Assembly: GCA_045600105.1 (NCBI GenBank)
Contig: JAZRXG010000007.1
Location: 5,270-69,269 of the forward strand
Source: Eubacteriales bacterium
GTDB taxonomy: Bacteria; Bacillota; Clostridia; Oscillospirales; CAG-382
DNA length: 64,000 nt
Reading direction: 5' to 3'
Shown: positions 25,297 through 36,691 of the stretch, piece by piece
How the letters are laid out: each line of letters starts with the position of its first letter
Position numbering within the stretch: position 1 is the first letter of the stretch
Notes under the pieces: generated by a model
What the model was told of the DNA's origin: nothing
Database searches by the model: none
The model's input: the letters and a program-made list of their open reading frames with translations, nothing else
Program-made: the position numbers and the translations under genes

Positions 25297-27561
25297 ATGA
25301 AACTGAGCGAAAATTTCTATTGCGCGTCCGAGGAATTAAACGACTTTTCTTCCCACGTTCCGGCGCCTTACATGAGACGCGGCTTCGCGCTTGAAAAAGC
25401 GCCCGAAAAAGCGACGCTTTCGATCAGCGGGCTTGGTTTTTACCGTCTTTTCATCAACGGAACGGAAATAACCAAGGGTATCCTTGCGCCGTACATTTCC
25501 AACCCCGACGATATATGCTGCTACGACGTTTACGACGTCACGCCGTACCTCACCGAGGGCAAAAACGCCGTCGGCGTCATACTCGGCAACGGTATGCTCA
25601 ACAACCCGGGCGGAAAAGTATGGGATTTTGAAAAAGCGGCGTTTCGTTCGTCGCCCAAGCTCGCGCTGACGCTTGAATGTGACGGCAAAAACGTGATACC
25701 TTCCGCAAAGGATTTCGTCTCCTTCCCGTCGCCCATCCTCTTCGACGACCTCAGAAGCGGCGAAAGATACGACGCGAACAAAGAGATACGCGGTTGGGCT
25801 GACCCCGATTTTGACGACTCCGAATGGAAAAAAGTCAAAAAAGCGGTGACCCCCAAGGGCAAAAAGCACATCGTTGACACCGATCCCATCGTCTGGTCGA
25901 GGGCTCTTGAGGGAACTCTCATCGGCAAGGCGTCGCTCCGCCACGGCAGAAAAGACGTCATTAAGAATTATTTCCCCGATTACGACGTTCCCGAGGACGA
26001 AAAAGCGACCGAGGGTTATCTTTTCGATTTCGGCGAGAACACCGCGGGAGTCGTCGCGATGCATATCAACGGCAGCGCCGGACAAAAGGTGATACTTCAG
26101 ATGGGCGAATGCTATGAAAACGGCGTGCTCGACCTCGATCAGATGTATTTCCTCCCCGATTATTACGATCACAGATGCGTATACGTTTGCCGCGAAGGGG
26201 AACAGGTGTACAGACCGTCGTTCACCTATTTCGGCGCCCGTTACTGTCTCGTTATGGGAATCACCGAGGAGCAGGCAAAGGAAATGAAGGTCTTCTTCTT
26301 CGTCCACCATTCCGACGTGGCGAGAACCGGCGATTTCCGCTGCTCAAGCTCCGTCGCGAACAGGATTTACGACGCGTGCATGGTCAGCGACCTTGCGAAT
26401 CTGTTGTATTTCCCGACCGACTGCCCTCAGCGCGAAAAGAACGGCTGGACGGGCGACGCTTCGCTTTCCGCCGAGCAGTTCATGACGTCTTTCGCGTGTG
26501 AAAGGACGTTTGCCGAATGGCTTCGCCACATAAGGGCTGCCCAAAGACCGAGCGGAGAGCTCCCGGGCATCATCCCGACGGGCGGCTGGGGCTTTGCGTG
26601 GGGCAACGGACCCGCGTGGGACGCCGTCTGCGTCAACCTGCCTTACGAGGTTTACCGTTTCACGGGAGACAAAAAGATACTCAAAGAAAACGCCGGAATG
26701 ATATGGAAATATTTCGGCTATATGCTCACCAAAAAGAACGAAAAAGGGCTTTACGCCTACGGACTCGGCGACTGGTGCCCCGTCGGAGGAGTCATCAAGC
26801 CGCCGCTCGAGCTGACCGACTCGGTCACGCTCTGCGATATAATGGCAAAAGCCGTGAAGATCTTCGAAACGCTCGGGGAAAAAGAAAAAGCCGAAGAAAT
26901 AAACAAAGAATACGCGCGGCTGAGAAAAGCCATCCGCAAAAATCTCATAAATGAAGATTTAGTCGCGGCGGGTTCGTGTCAGACGTCGCAGGCAATGTGC
27001 CTCTACTACGGTATGTTCGACAAAAACGAGTATAAAAAAGCGTTCGGCATACTTCTTGATATGATAAAAGCGGCTGACGATCATATCGACACGGGCGTGC
27101 TCGGCGCAAGATGCATCTTCCGTCTGCTTGCCGACAACGGCGAATGGGAGCTCGCGTGGAAGATGATAACGCGTACCGACGCACCGTCGTTCGGCAACTG
27201 GGTGACGACGGGGGGAACGAGTATGTACGAAAACTTCGGCTATCCGCAGTCGAGGAACCATCATTTCTACGGCGACGTTTCGGCGTTCATGATAAATTAC
27301 GTCGCGGGCATCCGCGTCAATACGGAGTTTGCCGACAGCCGGCGCGTGGAGATCAGCCCGTGCTTCGTCAAGGAGCTTTCCTTTGCGTCCGGCGAAACGA
27401 ACGGCGTGAAAGTCGAATGGTACCGCACGGATAAAGGAGTGACGCTCCGCGTGGATGGCGGTATGTACCATTATGGACATATCGTACTGCGCGAAGGCAC
27501 CTTTGCCGACGGAACGACCGAAAAAACGCATATCAGCGGCGTATACGAAATCATTATTTAG
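25297..27561 (+). CDS. Alpha-L-rhamnosidase (GH78)
   Basis: ISGLGFY, FDFGEN, FTYFGARY, PTDCPQREKNGWTGD, LGDW, SRNHHFYG. Confidence 0.92.
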   Translation: MKLSENFYCASEELNDFSSHVPAPYMRRGFALEKAPEKATLSISGLGFYRLFINGTEITKGILAPYISNPDDICCYDVYDVTPYLTEGKNAVGVILGNGMLNNPGGKVWDFEKAAFRSSPKLALTLECDGKNVIPSAKDFVSFPSPILFDDLRSGERYDANKEIRGWADPDFDDSEWKKVKKAVTPKGKKHIVDTDPIVWSRALEGTLIGKASLRHGRKDVIKNYFPDYDVPEDEKATEGYLFDFGENTAGVVAMHINGSAGQKVILQMGECYENGVLDLDQMYFLPDYYDHRCVYVCREGEQVYRPSFTYFGARYCLVMGITEEQAKEMKVFFFVHHSDVARTGDFRCSSSVANRIYDACMVSDLANLLYFPTDCPQREKNGWTGDASLSAEQFMTSFACERTFAEWLRHIRAAQRPSGELPGIIPTGGWGFAWGNGPAWDAVCVNLPYEVYRFTGDKKILKENAGMIWKYFGYMLTKKNEKGLYAYGLGDWCPVGGVIKPPLELTDSVTLCDIMAKAVKIFETLGEKEKAEEINKEYARLRKAIRKNLINEDLVAAGSCQTSQAMCLYYGMFDKNEYKKAFGILLDMIKAADDHIDTGVLGARCIFRLLADNGEWELAWKMITRTDAPSFGNWVTTGGTSMYENFGYPQSRNHHFYGDVSAFMINYVAGIRVNTEFADSRRVEISPCFVKELSFASGETNGVKVEWYRTDKGVTLRVDGGMYHYGHIVLREGTFADGTTEKTHISGVYEIII

Positions 27562-27596
27562 AAATTTAGAAATTTTCAGAATTCCGGTGATTTTTT

Positions 27597-28934
27597 ATGG
27601 ACGGACAGGTCAGGATGAGCGAGGGACCGATAGCAAAGCATATCGTCCTTTTCGCGCTTCCGCTGTTTCTCGGCAACCTTTTTCAACAATTATATAACAC
27701 GGCGGATTCTCTGATAGTGGGGAATATGCTCGGCAGCGAGGCGCTTGCGGGCGTTACCTCCACGGGTTCGCTTATCTTCCTGCTCATCGGCTTTTTCCAA
27801 GGTATTTTCCTCGGAGCCGGCGTCGTCATAGCACGGTTTTTCGGCGCACGCGATACGTCGCCGATGCGTAAAGCGATACATACGACGCTTGCCTTCGCCG
27901 TTGCGGCGGGAGCGCTGCTCACCGTCACGGGTATGGTATTTTCTCCGACGCTCCTTCGCTGGATGGACACTCCGGCGGACGCGTTCGAGCTTGCCGTCGA
28001 CTACGTCCGCACCTATTTCGCGGGGAGCCTCGGGTTCGTGCTCTACAACGCGTGCATGGGCATAATGCAGGCGGTCGGCGACAGCAGGCATCCGCTTTAT
28101 TACCTTATCATTTCGTCGCTTACCAACATCGTCCTCGACGTCGCGTTCATCGCGCTGTTCGACGGCGGAGTCGCGTCGGCGGCGCTCGCCACCATACTTT
28201 CGCAGTTTCTCAGCGTTTTCCTCTGCCTTTTCAGACTTATGCGGCTCAAGACCGATTACCGCGTATCGTTCAGGGAAATACGCTTTGACCGCGAGCTTTT
28301 CCCGATGATAATCCGTTACGGTCTGCCGTCGGGTCTTCAGAACTCCATCATCGCGTTCGCCAACGTCATAGTGCAGTCCAACATCAACGCGTTCGGCACG
28401 ATGGCGACGGCAGGCTGCGGCGCTTACAGCAAGATCGAGGGCTTCGCGTTCCTGCCCGTCACGAGCTTTACGGCGGCGCTGACCACGTTCGTCGGACAGA
28501 ACCTCGGGGCAAAGGAGTACGAACGGACCAAAAAGGGCTCGGTCTTCGGCATTTTCTGCTCGATAATCATTGCCGAGCTGATAGGGCTCACCATCTTTCT
28601 GCTCGCGCGTCCGCTGACGGCAGCGTTCACCAATGAAAAAGAGGCGATAGCCTTCGGCGTCGAAAAGGCGCGTACCTGCTCGCTGTTCTACTGCCTGCTC
28701 GCGGCGTCGCACTGCCTTTCGGCGGTCCTCAGAGGCGCGGGAAGGGCAAAGGTGCCGATGGCGACGATGCTCGTGTTCTGGTGCGTCATCCGCGTGACCT
28801 TCCTCGAGATCATGGTGCCGCTCACCAACGACATCGCCGTAGTCAACTGGGTCTACCCGCTGACGTGGTTCTTAAGCACCGTTTTCCTCACGTTCTACTA
28901 CCTCAGGGTCGACTGGCTGCACGACTCAAAATAA
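27597..28934 (+). CDS. MATE efflux transporter
   Basis: FALPLFLGNLFQQLYNTADSLIVG, GDSRHPLY, FVGQNLGA. Confidence 0.95.
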   Translation: MDGQVRMSEGPIAKHIVLFALPLFLGNLFQQLYNTADSLIVGNMLGSEALAGVTSTGSLIFLLIGFFQGIFLGAGVVIARFFGARDTSPMRKAIHTTLAFAVAAGALLTVTGMVFSPTLLRWMDTPADAFELAVDYVRTYFAGSLGFVLYNACMGIMQAVGDSRHPLYYLIISSLTNIVLDVAFIALFDGGVASAALATILSQFLSVFLCLFRLMRLKTDYRVSFREIRFDRELFPMIIRYGLPSGLQNSIIAFANVIVQSNINAFGTMATAGCGAYSKIEGFAFLPVTSFTAALTTFVGQNLGAKEYERTKKGSVFGIFCSIIIAELIGLTIFLLARPLTAAFTNEKEAIAFGVEKARTCSLFYCLLAASHCLSAVLRGAGRAKVPMATMLVFWCVIRVTFLEIMVPLTNDIAVVNWVYPLTWFLSTVFLTFYYLRVDWLHDSK

Positions 28935-28939
28935 AAACA

Positions 28940-28976
28940 AAAAACTCTCTGTGTTTTTACGGCACGGAGAGTTTTT
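28940..28976. terminator. Bidirectional terminator
   Basis: aaaaactctctgtg...cacggagagttttt. Confidence 0.75.
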
Positions 28977-28989
28977 GACTTTTGTTTTA

Positions 28990-30147
28990 TCAGTTGTATT
29001 TGATTATCTTTTTGAGCTTGCAGTGCAGCACGTATCTTTCGTCCGAGGTCGTCGAAACGTTCGTGCAGGTGCAGAGCGTGAGGATACGCGTGTTCTCGTC
29101 GTAGGGATGCTTTGCCGAAAGCACCGTCTTGCGCTGTATTTCGTGCAGGAAATCGAGATATCCGTCGGTGTTGGGGAACGAAATGGTTATGAAATGGTTG
29201 CCGTCGGAACGGTAGGCGGAGAAGACCTCGTAAACGTAGACCGCCTCCTCGGTGATGAGCTCGACGGTGATGAGGTCCGCGGACGAGTTGCGCGTCGACG
29301 ATTCCATCCAGTTCTTTATGCTTCTGAACATCGTGCCGTTGGTCATGCAGTGGCCGTAGATGACGGTGTTCAGGTTGTCGCTGATCTTGCGCGAGTTGCG
29401 GAAATCGGTGAATATCGAGCCCGCCACCGCGTATTCCTTATTTATGTCGCGGTGCAGATAAAAATCGTTGTCGGGCGCAAGCACGACGGGGTAGTTGATC
29501 TGTCCCAGCCCGCCCTTGCAGAGGATCCACGCATAGATGTCGGGGTTTTTCTTTTTCAGCTCGGAAAGCGTGTTGAGATAGGTGTCGTATTCGCCGGTGG
29601 TCGTGACGTCGTTCCACTCCTCGTTCTGCTCGGTGACGCCGAGTGAATCGTAAAGCCCGAGCGACAGCGGTGAAACTCTGACCTTCGGTATTCTCGCTAC
29701 CGCCGACTTCTGCTCGACGGTCTCGATGAGCTCCTCCATCATTTCGCGGCTCTTTGTGTCGTCGGCGATACGCATGGCTATCGAATAGACGCAGTACATG
29801 AAAAGGGAAGCGCACACGATGAGAAGCAGCATCCTGATTATGAAATTCGCGTTGATGACCGACGCTTTTTTGCCGTCGAACGACGATTTTATATCGTTTA
29901 CGTCAAGGTCCTCGACGGTCTCCTCAAAGCCCGCGTCGGGAAGCTCTCCGGTAAAAGCGCCGACTTCTTCGGCTTTTTCAACGTCTTCCGCGTCATTGCC
30001 GTCTTCGACGCTTGCGTCGTTTTCCGTCACGGCGTCTTCCGCGTTTTCGGCTTCAGCCGTCTCTTCGGTCACGTTTTCGTCGACCGCGTTCCCGACGTTT
30101 TCTTCGCTGACGTTTTCTTCGCCGACGATTTTGTTTTCGTCTTCCAT
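28990..30147 (-). CDS. Class B sortase with a long acidic N-terminal extension
   Basis: NPDIYAWI, INYPVV, DNDFYLHRD, NTVIYGH, LTLCTC, RYVLH. Confidence 0.9.
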   Translation of the reverse strand: MEDENKIVGEENVSEENVGNAVDENVTEETAEAENAEDAVTENDASVEDGNDAEDVEKAEEVGAFTGELPDAGFEETVEDLDVNDIKSSFDGKKASVINANFIIRMLLLIVCASLFMYCVYSIAMRIADDTKSREMMEELIETVEQKSAVARIPKVRVSPLSLGLYDSLGVTEQNEEWNDVTTTGEYDTYLNTLSELKKKNPDIYAWILCKGGLGQINYPVVLAPDNDFYLHRDINKEYAVAGSIFTDFRNSRKISDNLNTVIYGHCMTNGTMFRSIKNWMESSTRNSSADLITVELITEEAVYVYEVFSAYRSDGNHFITISFPNTDGYLDFLHEIQRKTVLSAKHPYDENTRILTLCTCTNVSTTSDERYVLHCKLKKIIKYN

Positions 30148-30289
30148 TCTTCGGCGCTCCTTTCATAATTTTCTGCTTTTACTTTAGCATACAGTATATC
30201 ATATTCTGCGCTTTTATCAAGTAGAACGGGGAAAAATTTCAAAATTCGTTACAAAACACTCTTATTTTCAACGATTTTAATGAAAACTG

Positions 30290-30317
30290 TTGACAAATCG
30301 TCTTTTTCGTATAAAAT
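30290..30317 (+). promoter_or_regulatory. SigA promoter of tig-clpP-clpX
   Basis: TTGACA-16 nt-TAAAAT. Confidence 0.6.
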
Positions 30318-30356
30318 GGTATGGATATGATATATAATTTACGGAGGAAAAAACCA

Positions 30357-31670
30357 ATGTCTGAAGAAAAAGTAAAAGAAATAGCGACCAACCGCTATGA
30401 GCTCACCCTCAATATCGAAAAGCCGGCTTTTGATGCCGCCGTTATGGCAGCATACAAAAAGAACGTCGGAAAGATCACCGTTCCCGGTTTCCGCAAGGGC
30501 AAAGCTCCCAAGTCCATTATCGAAAAAATGTACGGCTCGTCCTTCTTCTATGACGACGCCCTCGACGCTCTGCTTCCCGATATCTATTCCAAAGCAGTCG
30601 AAGAATCCGGTCTTGACGTAGTTTCCCGTCCCGAACTCGAAGTAGTTTCCATCGACGATAACGGCGTTGTCATCTCCGCCAAGGTCTACACCAAGCCCGC
30701 TGCGACCGTCAAACAGTACAAAGGTCTCGAAGCCGAAAAAGAAGAAGCTGTCGTTACCGACGAAGAGATCGAAAAAGAGATCGACGGCATCAGAAAGCGC
30801 AATTCCCGTATGCTCACCGTTACCGACAGAGCAGCCGAAAACGGCGATACCGCGGTCATCGACTTTGAAGGCTTCCGCGACGGCGTTGCTTTCGAAGGCG
30901 GCAAAGGCGAAAACTACAACCTCACCCTCGGCTCCGGCTCCTTCATCCCCGGCTTCGAGGATCAGATCGTCGGCCATAACGTCGGCGAAAAATTCGACAT
31001 CACCGTCACCTTCCCCGAAGACTACGGCGAACCGTCCCTCGCAGGCAAAGAGACCGTATTCAAGATATCTCTCAACGAACTCAAAAAGGAAGAGATCCCC
31101 GAGCTCGATGACGATTTCGTAAAAGAAGTTTCCGAAAATCTCGACACCGTCGATGAATACAAGGCTGACATCAAGGCGAAAATAACCGAGAGAAAAGAAA
31201 AAGCCAACGACAGAGCGTTTGAAGAAAAACTCATCGACGCCCTCATCGCCAACACCGAGGTCGAAGTTCCCGACTGCATGATCGACGACGAAGTCGACAA
31301 CGACATCCGCGATTACGATTACCGTCTGCGCTCTCAGGGCGGCAGCCTCGAAATGTACTTCAAATACACCGGTCAGGACGAAAAGGGTCTTCGTGACACC
31401 CTCCGTCCCGGTGCCGAAAGAAGAGTAAAGACCCGTCTCGCTCTCGAATGCGTCATCAAAGCCGAAAACATCGAAGCCACCGCTGAAGAGATCGAGGAAG
31501 AATACAAGAAGATCGCTTCCGGCTACACCATGGAGCTTGACGACGTAAAGGCAAGGATCCCCGAAGACGGCATCAAGGAAGACATCGCGTTCCGCAAGGC
31601 AGTCGATTTCGTCAAAGCAAACGGCATCGCGACCAAATGCGAATGCGAACACTGCAAGGATCACGAATAA
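30357..31670 (+). CDS. tig: Trigger factor
   Basis: VPGFRKGKAP; FKBP domain IDFEG..GVAFEGG..FIPGFEDQ; ATG after GGAGG. Confidence 0.97.
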   Translation: MSEEKVKEIATNRYELTLNIEKPAFDAAVMAAYKKNVGKITVPGFRKGKAPKSIIEKMYGSSFFYDDALDALLPDIYSKAVEESGLDVVSRPELEVVSIDDNGVVISAKVYTKPAATVKQYKGLEAEKEEAVVTDEEIEKEIDGIRKRNSRMLTVTDRAAENGDTAVIDFEGFRDGVAFEGGKGENYNLTLGSGSFIPGFEDQIVGHNVGEKFDITVTFPEDYGEPSLAGKETVFKISLNELKKEEIPELDDDFVKEVSENLDTVDEYKADIKAKITERKEKANDRAFEEKLIDALIANTEVEVPDCMIDDEVDNDIRDYDYRLRSQGGSLEMYFKYTGQDEKGLRDTLRPGAERRVKTRLALECVIKAENIEATAEEIEEEYKKIASGYTMELDDVKARIPEDGIKEDIAFRKAVDFVKANGIATKCECEHCKDHE

Positions 31671-31725
31671 TCCCGAATTACGATAGAGAAAACATATTTT
31701 TCGCAAGCGAGAAAGAAGGTATACT

Positions 31726-32310
31726 ATGGCGTTAGTACCAATGGTCATCGAACAAACCAACCGCGGAGAGAGATCGTTTGATATTTTTTCCAGACTTCTC
31801 AACGACCGCATCGTGTTCCTCGGCGAAGAGATAAACGACGCGACGGCGTCCCTCGTAGTGGCACAGCTGCTTTATCTTGAGGCTCAGGACCCCGAAAAGG
31901 ATATATGCCTTTACATCAATTCTCCCGGCGGCTCCATCACCAGCGGTATGGCGATATACGATACCATGAACTTCATCAAGTGCGACGTATCGACCATCTG
32001 CGTCGGTATGGCGGCATCCATGGCGGCGTTCCTGCTTTCCGCGGGCGCAAAGGGCAAAAGGATCTGCCTCCCCAACTCCGAAGTCATGATCCATCAGCCT
32101 CTCGGCGGTATGCAGGGTCAGGCGACCGACATCAAGATCCACGCCGACAGAATAATCAAAATGAAAGAAAAACTCAATAGGATCCTTGCCGAAAACACCG
32201 GCAAATCGTACGAACAGATCTGCGCCGACACCGAGAGAGACAACTTCCTCAGCGCCGAGCAGGCAAAGGAATACGGTCTTATTGACAAAATCTTTGATAA
32301 AAGGCAATAA
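31726..32310 (+). CDS. clpP: Clp protease proteolytic subunit
   Basis: [19 protein letters not shown]. Confidence 0.98.
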   Translation: MALVPMVIEQTNRGERSFDIFSRLLNDRIVFLGEEINDATASLVVAQLLYLEAQDPEKDICLYINSPGGSITSGMAIYDTMNFIKCDVSTICVGMAASMAAFLLSAGAKGKRICLPNSEVMIHQPLGGMQGQATDIKIHADRIIKMKEKLNRILAENTGKSYEQICADTERDNFLSAEQAKEYGLIDKIFDKRQ

Positions 32311-32315
32311 TCTTT

Positions 32316-33569
32316 ATGGCAAACAATAACAAGACGAGAGGCGCGAACTGTGCCTTTTGCGGACGTGTCACCGAACACCCGATAAAACTCAATATCGAAG
32401 GCAGGGATATGGATTTCTGCGACGAATGCGTTTCGGTCTGCCTTTCCATCGCCGACAGCTACGAAGACCTGATGAGCGAAAAGAAGACGGCTTCCGCAAA
32501 GCAGAAAGCCATCGCTCTTCCCAAGCCGAGCGAGCTCAAGGCAAAGCTCGACGAGCACGTCATCGGACAGGACGAAGCGAAGATCGCGCTTTCCGTGGCG
32601 GTGTACAACCACTACAAACGCATCAACTCGCTTATCAAAAGCGGTAAAGGCAAAAAGAAGGATGACAGCGAGGAAAACGAGGTAAAACTCCAGAAGTCCA
32701 ACGTCATGCTTCTCGGTCCCACCGGTGTCGGCAAGACCCTGCTCGCGCAGACGCTCGCCGAAACGCTCGAGGTCCCGTTCGCGATAGCCGACGCCACCAC
32801 GCTCACCGAAGCGGGCTACGTCGGTGAAGACGTCGAAAACATACTGCTCCGTCTTATCCAGGCGGCGGATTTCGACGTTGAAAAAGCCGAAAAGGGCATT
32901 ATCTATATCGACGAGATAGACAAAATTTCGCGCAAGAGCGAAAACCGCTCCATCACCCGCGACGTATCGGGCGAGGGCGTTCAGCAGGCGCTCCTCAAGA
33001 TACTTGAGGGAACGATCTCCAACGTGCCTCCGCAGGGCGGCAGAAAGCACCCCAATCAGGAATTCATCCAGATAGACACGTCGAACATACTCTTTATCTG
33101 CGGCGGCGCCTTCGACGGGCTCGAAACGCTCATCGAAGAACGCATGGGCAAGCAGTCCATCGGTTTCGCGTCGGGCATCAAGACCAAAGAGGAAAAGACC
33201 AAGTCGGTCGTACTCCGCGAGGTGACTCCGCACGACCTCGTCAAGTTCGGCATCATACCCGAGCTCGTCGGACGCATCCCCGTCGTCTGCTCTCTCGATC
33301 CGCTCGACAGAAACGGACTCATCCGCATACTCACCGAGCCGAAGAACGCCATCGTCAAGCAGTATAAAAAGCTGATGGAAATGGACGGCGTAAAGCTCGA
33401 ATTCGAAAAAGAAGCGCTCGAGAAGATCGCCGACAAAGCGATCGAGCTGGGCACGGGCGCCAGAGGACTCCGCACCATCACCGAAAAACTGATGACCCAC
33501 TTCATGTACGAGATCCCGTCTGAAGAAGACGTGCACGAGCTCGTCATCACGGCAGATATGGTGAAATAA
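32316..33569 (+). CDS. clpX: Clp protease ATP-binding subunit
   Basis: C4 zinc finger, [33 protein letters not shown] loop. Confidence 0.98.
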   Translation: MANNNKTRGANCAFCGRVTEHPIKLNIEGRDMDFCDECVSVCLSIADSYEDLMSEKKTASAKQKAIALPKPSELKAKLDEHVIGQDEAKIALSVAVYNHYKRINSLIKSGKGKKKDDSEENEVKLQKSNVMLLGPTGVGKTLLAQTLAETLEVPFAIADATTLTEAGYVGEDVENILLRLIQAADFDVEKAEKGIIYIDEIDKISRKSENRSITRDVSGEGVQQALLKILEGTISNVPPQGGRKHPNQEFIQIDTSNILFICGGAFDGLETLIEERMGKQSIGFASGIKTKEEKTKSVVLREVTPHDLVKFGIIPELVGRIPVVCSLDPLDRNGLIRILTEPKNAIVKQYKKLMEMDGVKLEFEKEALEKIADKAIELGTGARGLRTITEKLMTHFMYEIPSEEDVHELVITADMVK

Positions 33570-33637
33570 TTGCAAATTGAAAATTGTAAATTGCAAATTT
33601 CGGAAGGATTTCCGCGTTTTTTCGCGGAGATCCTTTC
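33568..33637 (+). repeat. AATTGNA heptamer array + hairpin element
   Basis: aattgca aattgaa aattgta aattgca aattt, then aaggatttccgcg-T run-cgcggagatcctt. Confidence 0.8.
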
Positions 33638-33697
33638 TTCTTTTGCTTGAGGCTCAAAAAATAATTGTAAATTTATTTCTTTTTTCGCAAATTCCAC

Positions 33698-33726
33698 TTT
33701 ACACGCGAAAACAACGGTAGTATAAT
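33698..33726 (+). promoter_or_regulatory. SigA promoter of rny
   Basis: TTTACA-17 nt-TATAAT. Confidence 0.65.
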
Positions 33727-33881
33727 AGATTGTCTTGGAATGCTCACTTTTCACACCGGACGGAAAAACACGATTTACATATATATATACGTATATATTT
33801 CAGCCTTTCTGAAACAAAAAACTGTGTTCCCGCCGCGTGAAAAAGCAAAGCATCCTTAAATATAAAGGAGGTCACAAACCT

Positions 33882-35435
33882 ATGTCTACTACCGTATGGG
33901 TCATCATCGTCGTTGCCGCGGCAGCGGCAGCATGCTTTGGCGGCTTTGTATTCGGGCACAGCAAACGTATCAAAGACGATAACGGAAAGATCAAGAATGC
34001 CGAAGTCGAAGCCGAGAAAATCAAGCAGGAAGCGATAAAAATCGCCGAGACGAAAAAGAAAGAAGCAGCTCTTGAAGCAAAGGAAGAAGCTCTCCGCATC
34101 AAGAATGAAACCGAAAAAGAGCTTAAAGAAAGAAGAAACGACGTTCAGCGCCTCGAAAAGCGCGTTCTTCAGAAAGAAGAGCATCTCGACAACAAGATCG
34201 AGTCTCTTGACAAGAAAGAAGAAAAACTGAACAACAAGATCAAGGAAAACGAAGCCCTCACCGAAAAGATCGAAGAGATCAAACAGCAGCAGCTCGAAGA
34301 ACTCCAGAAAATTTCGAATTTCACCATCGAAGAGGCAAAAGAAGTCATTCTCAAACGTGTCGAGGACGAATCCCGTCACGAAATGGCGCAGAAACTCATT
34401 GAAATCGAAAAAGAGTATAAGGAAAACGCGGAGGACACGGCAAAGAAGATAATCACCCTTGCCATCCAGAGATGCGCGTCCGACAGCGTGGCTGAAGCCA
34501 CCGTATCGGTCGTAGACCTTCCCAACGACGAAATGAAGGGACGCATCATCGGACGTGAGGGACGCAACATACGTTCCATCGAGACCCTCACCGGCGTTGA
34601 CCTTATCATTGACGATACACCAGAGGCGATCACCATCTCCACGTTCGACCCCGTTCGCCGCGAGGTCGCCCGCCTCACTCTCGAAAAACTCATTTCCGAC
34701 GGACGTATCCATCCTTCGAGAATCGAAGAAATGGTCGAAAAGTCCAAAAAGGAAGTTGACGCCGTCATCAAGCGCGAAGGCGAACAGGCTACCTTCTCCG
34801 CCGGCGTTCACGGCATCAATCCCGAACTCGTCAAACTCCTCGGCAGACTCAAATTCCGTACGTCCTACGGTCAGAACGTGCTCAAGCATTCCATCGAGGT
34901 CGCTCATATCGCGGGTATGATCGCAAGCGAGCTCGGTCTTGACGCCACCATCGCACGCCGTGCGGGTCTTCTTCACGATATAGGCAAGGCCATGACCCAC
35001 GAGGTCGACGGAAGCCACGTCGCCATCGGCGTTGACATCGCAAAGAAGTACAAGGAACACAAGGAAGTCATCCACGCCATCGAATCGCATCACGGCGACG
35101 TTGAACCTTCGACCTACATTGCCGTCATCGTTCAGGCTGCCGATGCCATTTCCGCGGCACGTCCGGGAGCCAGACGTGAAAACCTCGAAAACTACATCAA
35201 ACGTCTCCAGAAGCTCGAAGAGATCGCCAATTCCTTCGACGGTATCGAAAAATCCTTTGCCATCCAGGCAGGCAGAGAAGTCCGCATAATGGTCAAGCCC
35301 GAGGAGGTTTCGGACGAAAAGATGCTCTTCCTTGCCAAGGATATTTCCAAAAAGATCGAATCCGAGCTCGAATACCCCGGACAGATCAAGATCAACATTG
35401 TGCGTGAGACCCGCGCCGTTGACTATGCAAAATAA
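33882..35435 (+). CDS. rny: Ribonuclease Y
   Basis: N-terminal TM, coiled coil, KH ([14 protein letters not shown]), HD (LLHDIGK). Confidence 0.98.
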   Translation: MSTTVWVIIVVAAAAAACFGGFVFGHSKRIKDDNGKIKNAEVEAEKIKQEAIKIAETKKKEAALEAKEEALRIKNETEKELKERRNDVQRLEKRVLQKEEHLDNKIESLDKKEEKLNNKIKENEALTEKIEEIKQQQLEELQKISNFTIEEAKEVILKRVEDESRHEMAQKLIEIEKEYKENAEDTAKKIITLAIQRCASDSVAEATVSVVDLPNDEMKGRIIGREGRNIRSIETLTGVDLIIDDTPEAITISTFDPVRREVARLTLEKLISDGRIHPSRIEEMVEKSKKEVDAVIKREGEQATFSAGVHGINPELVKLLGRLKFRTSYGQNVLKHSIEVAHIAGMIASELGLDATIARRAGLLHDIGKAMTHEVDGSHVAIGVDIAKKYKEHKEVIHAIESHHGDVEPSTYIAVIVQAADAISAARPGARRENLENYIKRLQKLEEIANSFDGIEKSFAIQAGREVRIMVKPEEVSDEKMLFLAKDISKKIESELEYPGQIKINIVRETRAVDYAK

Positions 35436-36219
35436 TATTTTTACGCTGCTCGTTCTCGGCGACGTCGTCGGACAGAAGGGCGTGAACCGTGTCAACGAGC
35501 TGCTCCCCAAGCTGAAAAATGAATTTTCTCCCGATCTCACCGTCGTGAACGGCGAAAACTCTTCCGACCGCAACGGGCTCGACGCCTCGTCGGCGGATAC
35601 GCTGATATACGCGGGAGCCGACGTGATCACGGGCGGCAATCACACGCTTGCCATCTACGACGTATATGACCGTCTCGACGACGATGACAGGCTGCTCCGT
35701 CCCGCCAATTTTCAGCCGCTCTGCCCCGGAAAGGGGTACACGGTGGTCAACTGCGGCGCGCTTCGCGTGCTCGTCATGAACGTGTCGGGTCAGGTGTTCA
35801 TGAACCCCTGCGACAACCCGTTCGTCTGCGCCGAGCGCATACTGAAGGAGCAAAGCGGTTCGTATGATATCGCGCTTTGCGATATCCACGCCGAGGCAAC
35901 GAGCGAAAAAAGCGCGTTCGCGCAGTATTTCGACGGACGCGTCAACTTCGTTTTCGGTACGCACACCCACGTTCCCACCGCCGACGAGCAGGTCCTCCCG
36001 AACGGAACGGGCTTCATCAGCGACGTCGGAATGTGCGGAGTCGCCGAAGGCACGGTGCTCGGTGTCGCGGCGGAAAACGTCATAAACCGCTTTGTTACCG
36101 GCAAAAACGAACGCTTCAACCGTCGTGTCGAAGGGAAAGCCGAACTGAACGGCGCCGTCTTCAGATACGATACGGCGGCAAAACGATGCGTAAGCGTCGA
36201 AAGAATCAAAAGAAAGTAA
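35425..36219 (+). CDS. ymdB: YmdB/TIGR00282 metallophosphoesterase
   Basis: [30 protein letters not shown]; follows rny. Confidence 0.93.
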   Translation: MQNNIFTLLVLGDVVGQKGVNRVNELLPKLKNEFSPDLTVVNGENSSDRNGLDASSADTLIYAGADVITGGNHTLAIYDVYDRLDDDDRLLRPANFQPLCPGKGYTVVNCGALRVLVMNVSGQVFMNPCDNPFVCAERILKEQSGSYDIALCDIHAEATSEKSAFAQYFDGRVNFVFGTHTHVPTADEQVLPNGTGFISDVGMCGVAEGTVLGVAAENVINRFVTGKNERFNRRVEGKAELNGAVFRYDTAAKRCVSVERIKRK

Positions 36220-36234
36220 GAAAGGGAATCAATC

Positions 36235-36552
36235 ATGACAAATCTTTTCAGAGCTATGGACGCCGCCAATCCCGACGCCACCATGTCGCTCATCACCACC
36301 GGCGGCATGATAGTCGTCCTCGTACTCGTTTTCTATTTCCTCCTCTGGCGCCCTCAGAAAAAGCAGCAGAGAGAGACCGACCAGATGCGCAACTCCGTTG
36401 AACGCGGCGACGTCATCACCACCCTCGGCGGAATCGTCGGCATCGTCCTCACCGTCAAGGAAGACAACATCCTCATCGAGACCAGCGGCGACAAAACAAA
36501 GATACAGATCCAGCGCTGGGCTATCAGATCGATCGAAAAGAAAGCAGACTGA
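36235..36552 (+). CDS. yajC: Preprotein translocase subunit YajC
   Basis: FYFLLWRPQKKQQR...GDVITTLGGIVG. Confidence 0.95.
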   Translation: MTNLFRAMDAANPDATMSLITTGGMIVVLVLVFYFLLWRPQKKQQRETDQMRNSVERGDVITTLGGIVGIVLTVKEDNILIETSGDKTKIQIQRWAIRSIEKKAD

Positions 36553-36581
36553 ACGTCTTGAATCGGCGCGGAGCGTTTTGC

Positions 36582-36651
36582 AATTCCAAATTGAAAATTG
36601 AAAATGTCAAATTAAGGAAAGATTTTTCGCTTCAGGCGAAAAATCTTTCCT
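36582..36651 (+). repeat. AATTGNA heptamer array + hairpin element
   Basis: aattcca aattgaa aattgaa aatgtca aattaa, ggaaagatttttcgc-ttcag-gcgaaaaatctttcc. Confidence 0.8.
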
Positions 36652-36691
36652 ATTAGGCTTAAACTTAATACTTTCAAAGGAGCGTTGTATT

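Noticed and set aside
27557-27583. tttagaaa tttagaaa ttttcaga short repeat after the GH78 gene
   Set aside because: 8-bp period, only two good units and no family hairpin; may be chance.
33779-33798. AT-alternating palindrome in the rny leader
   Set aside because: Low-complexity sequence; no recognisable riboswitch or operator.
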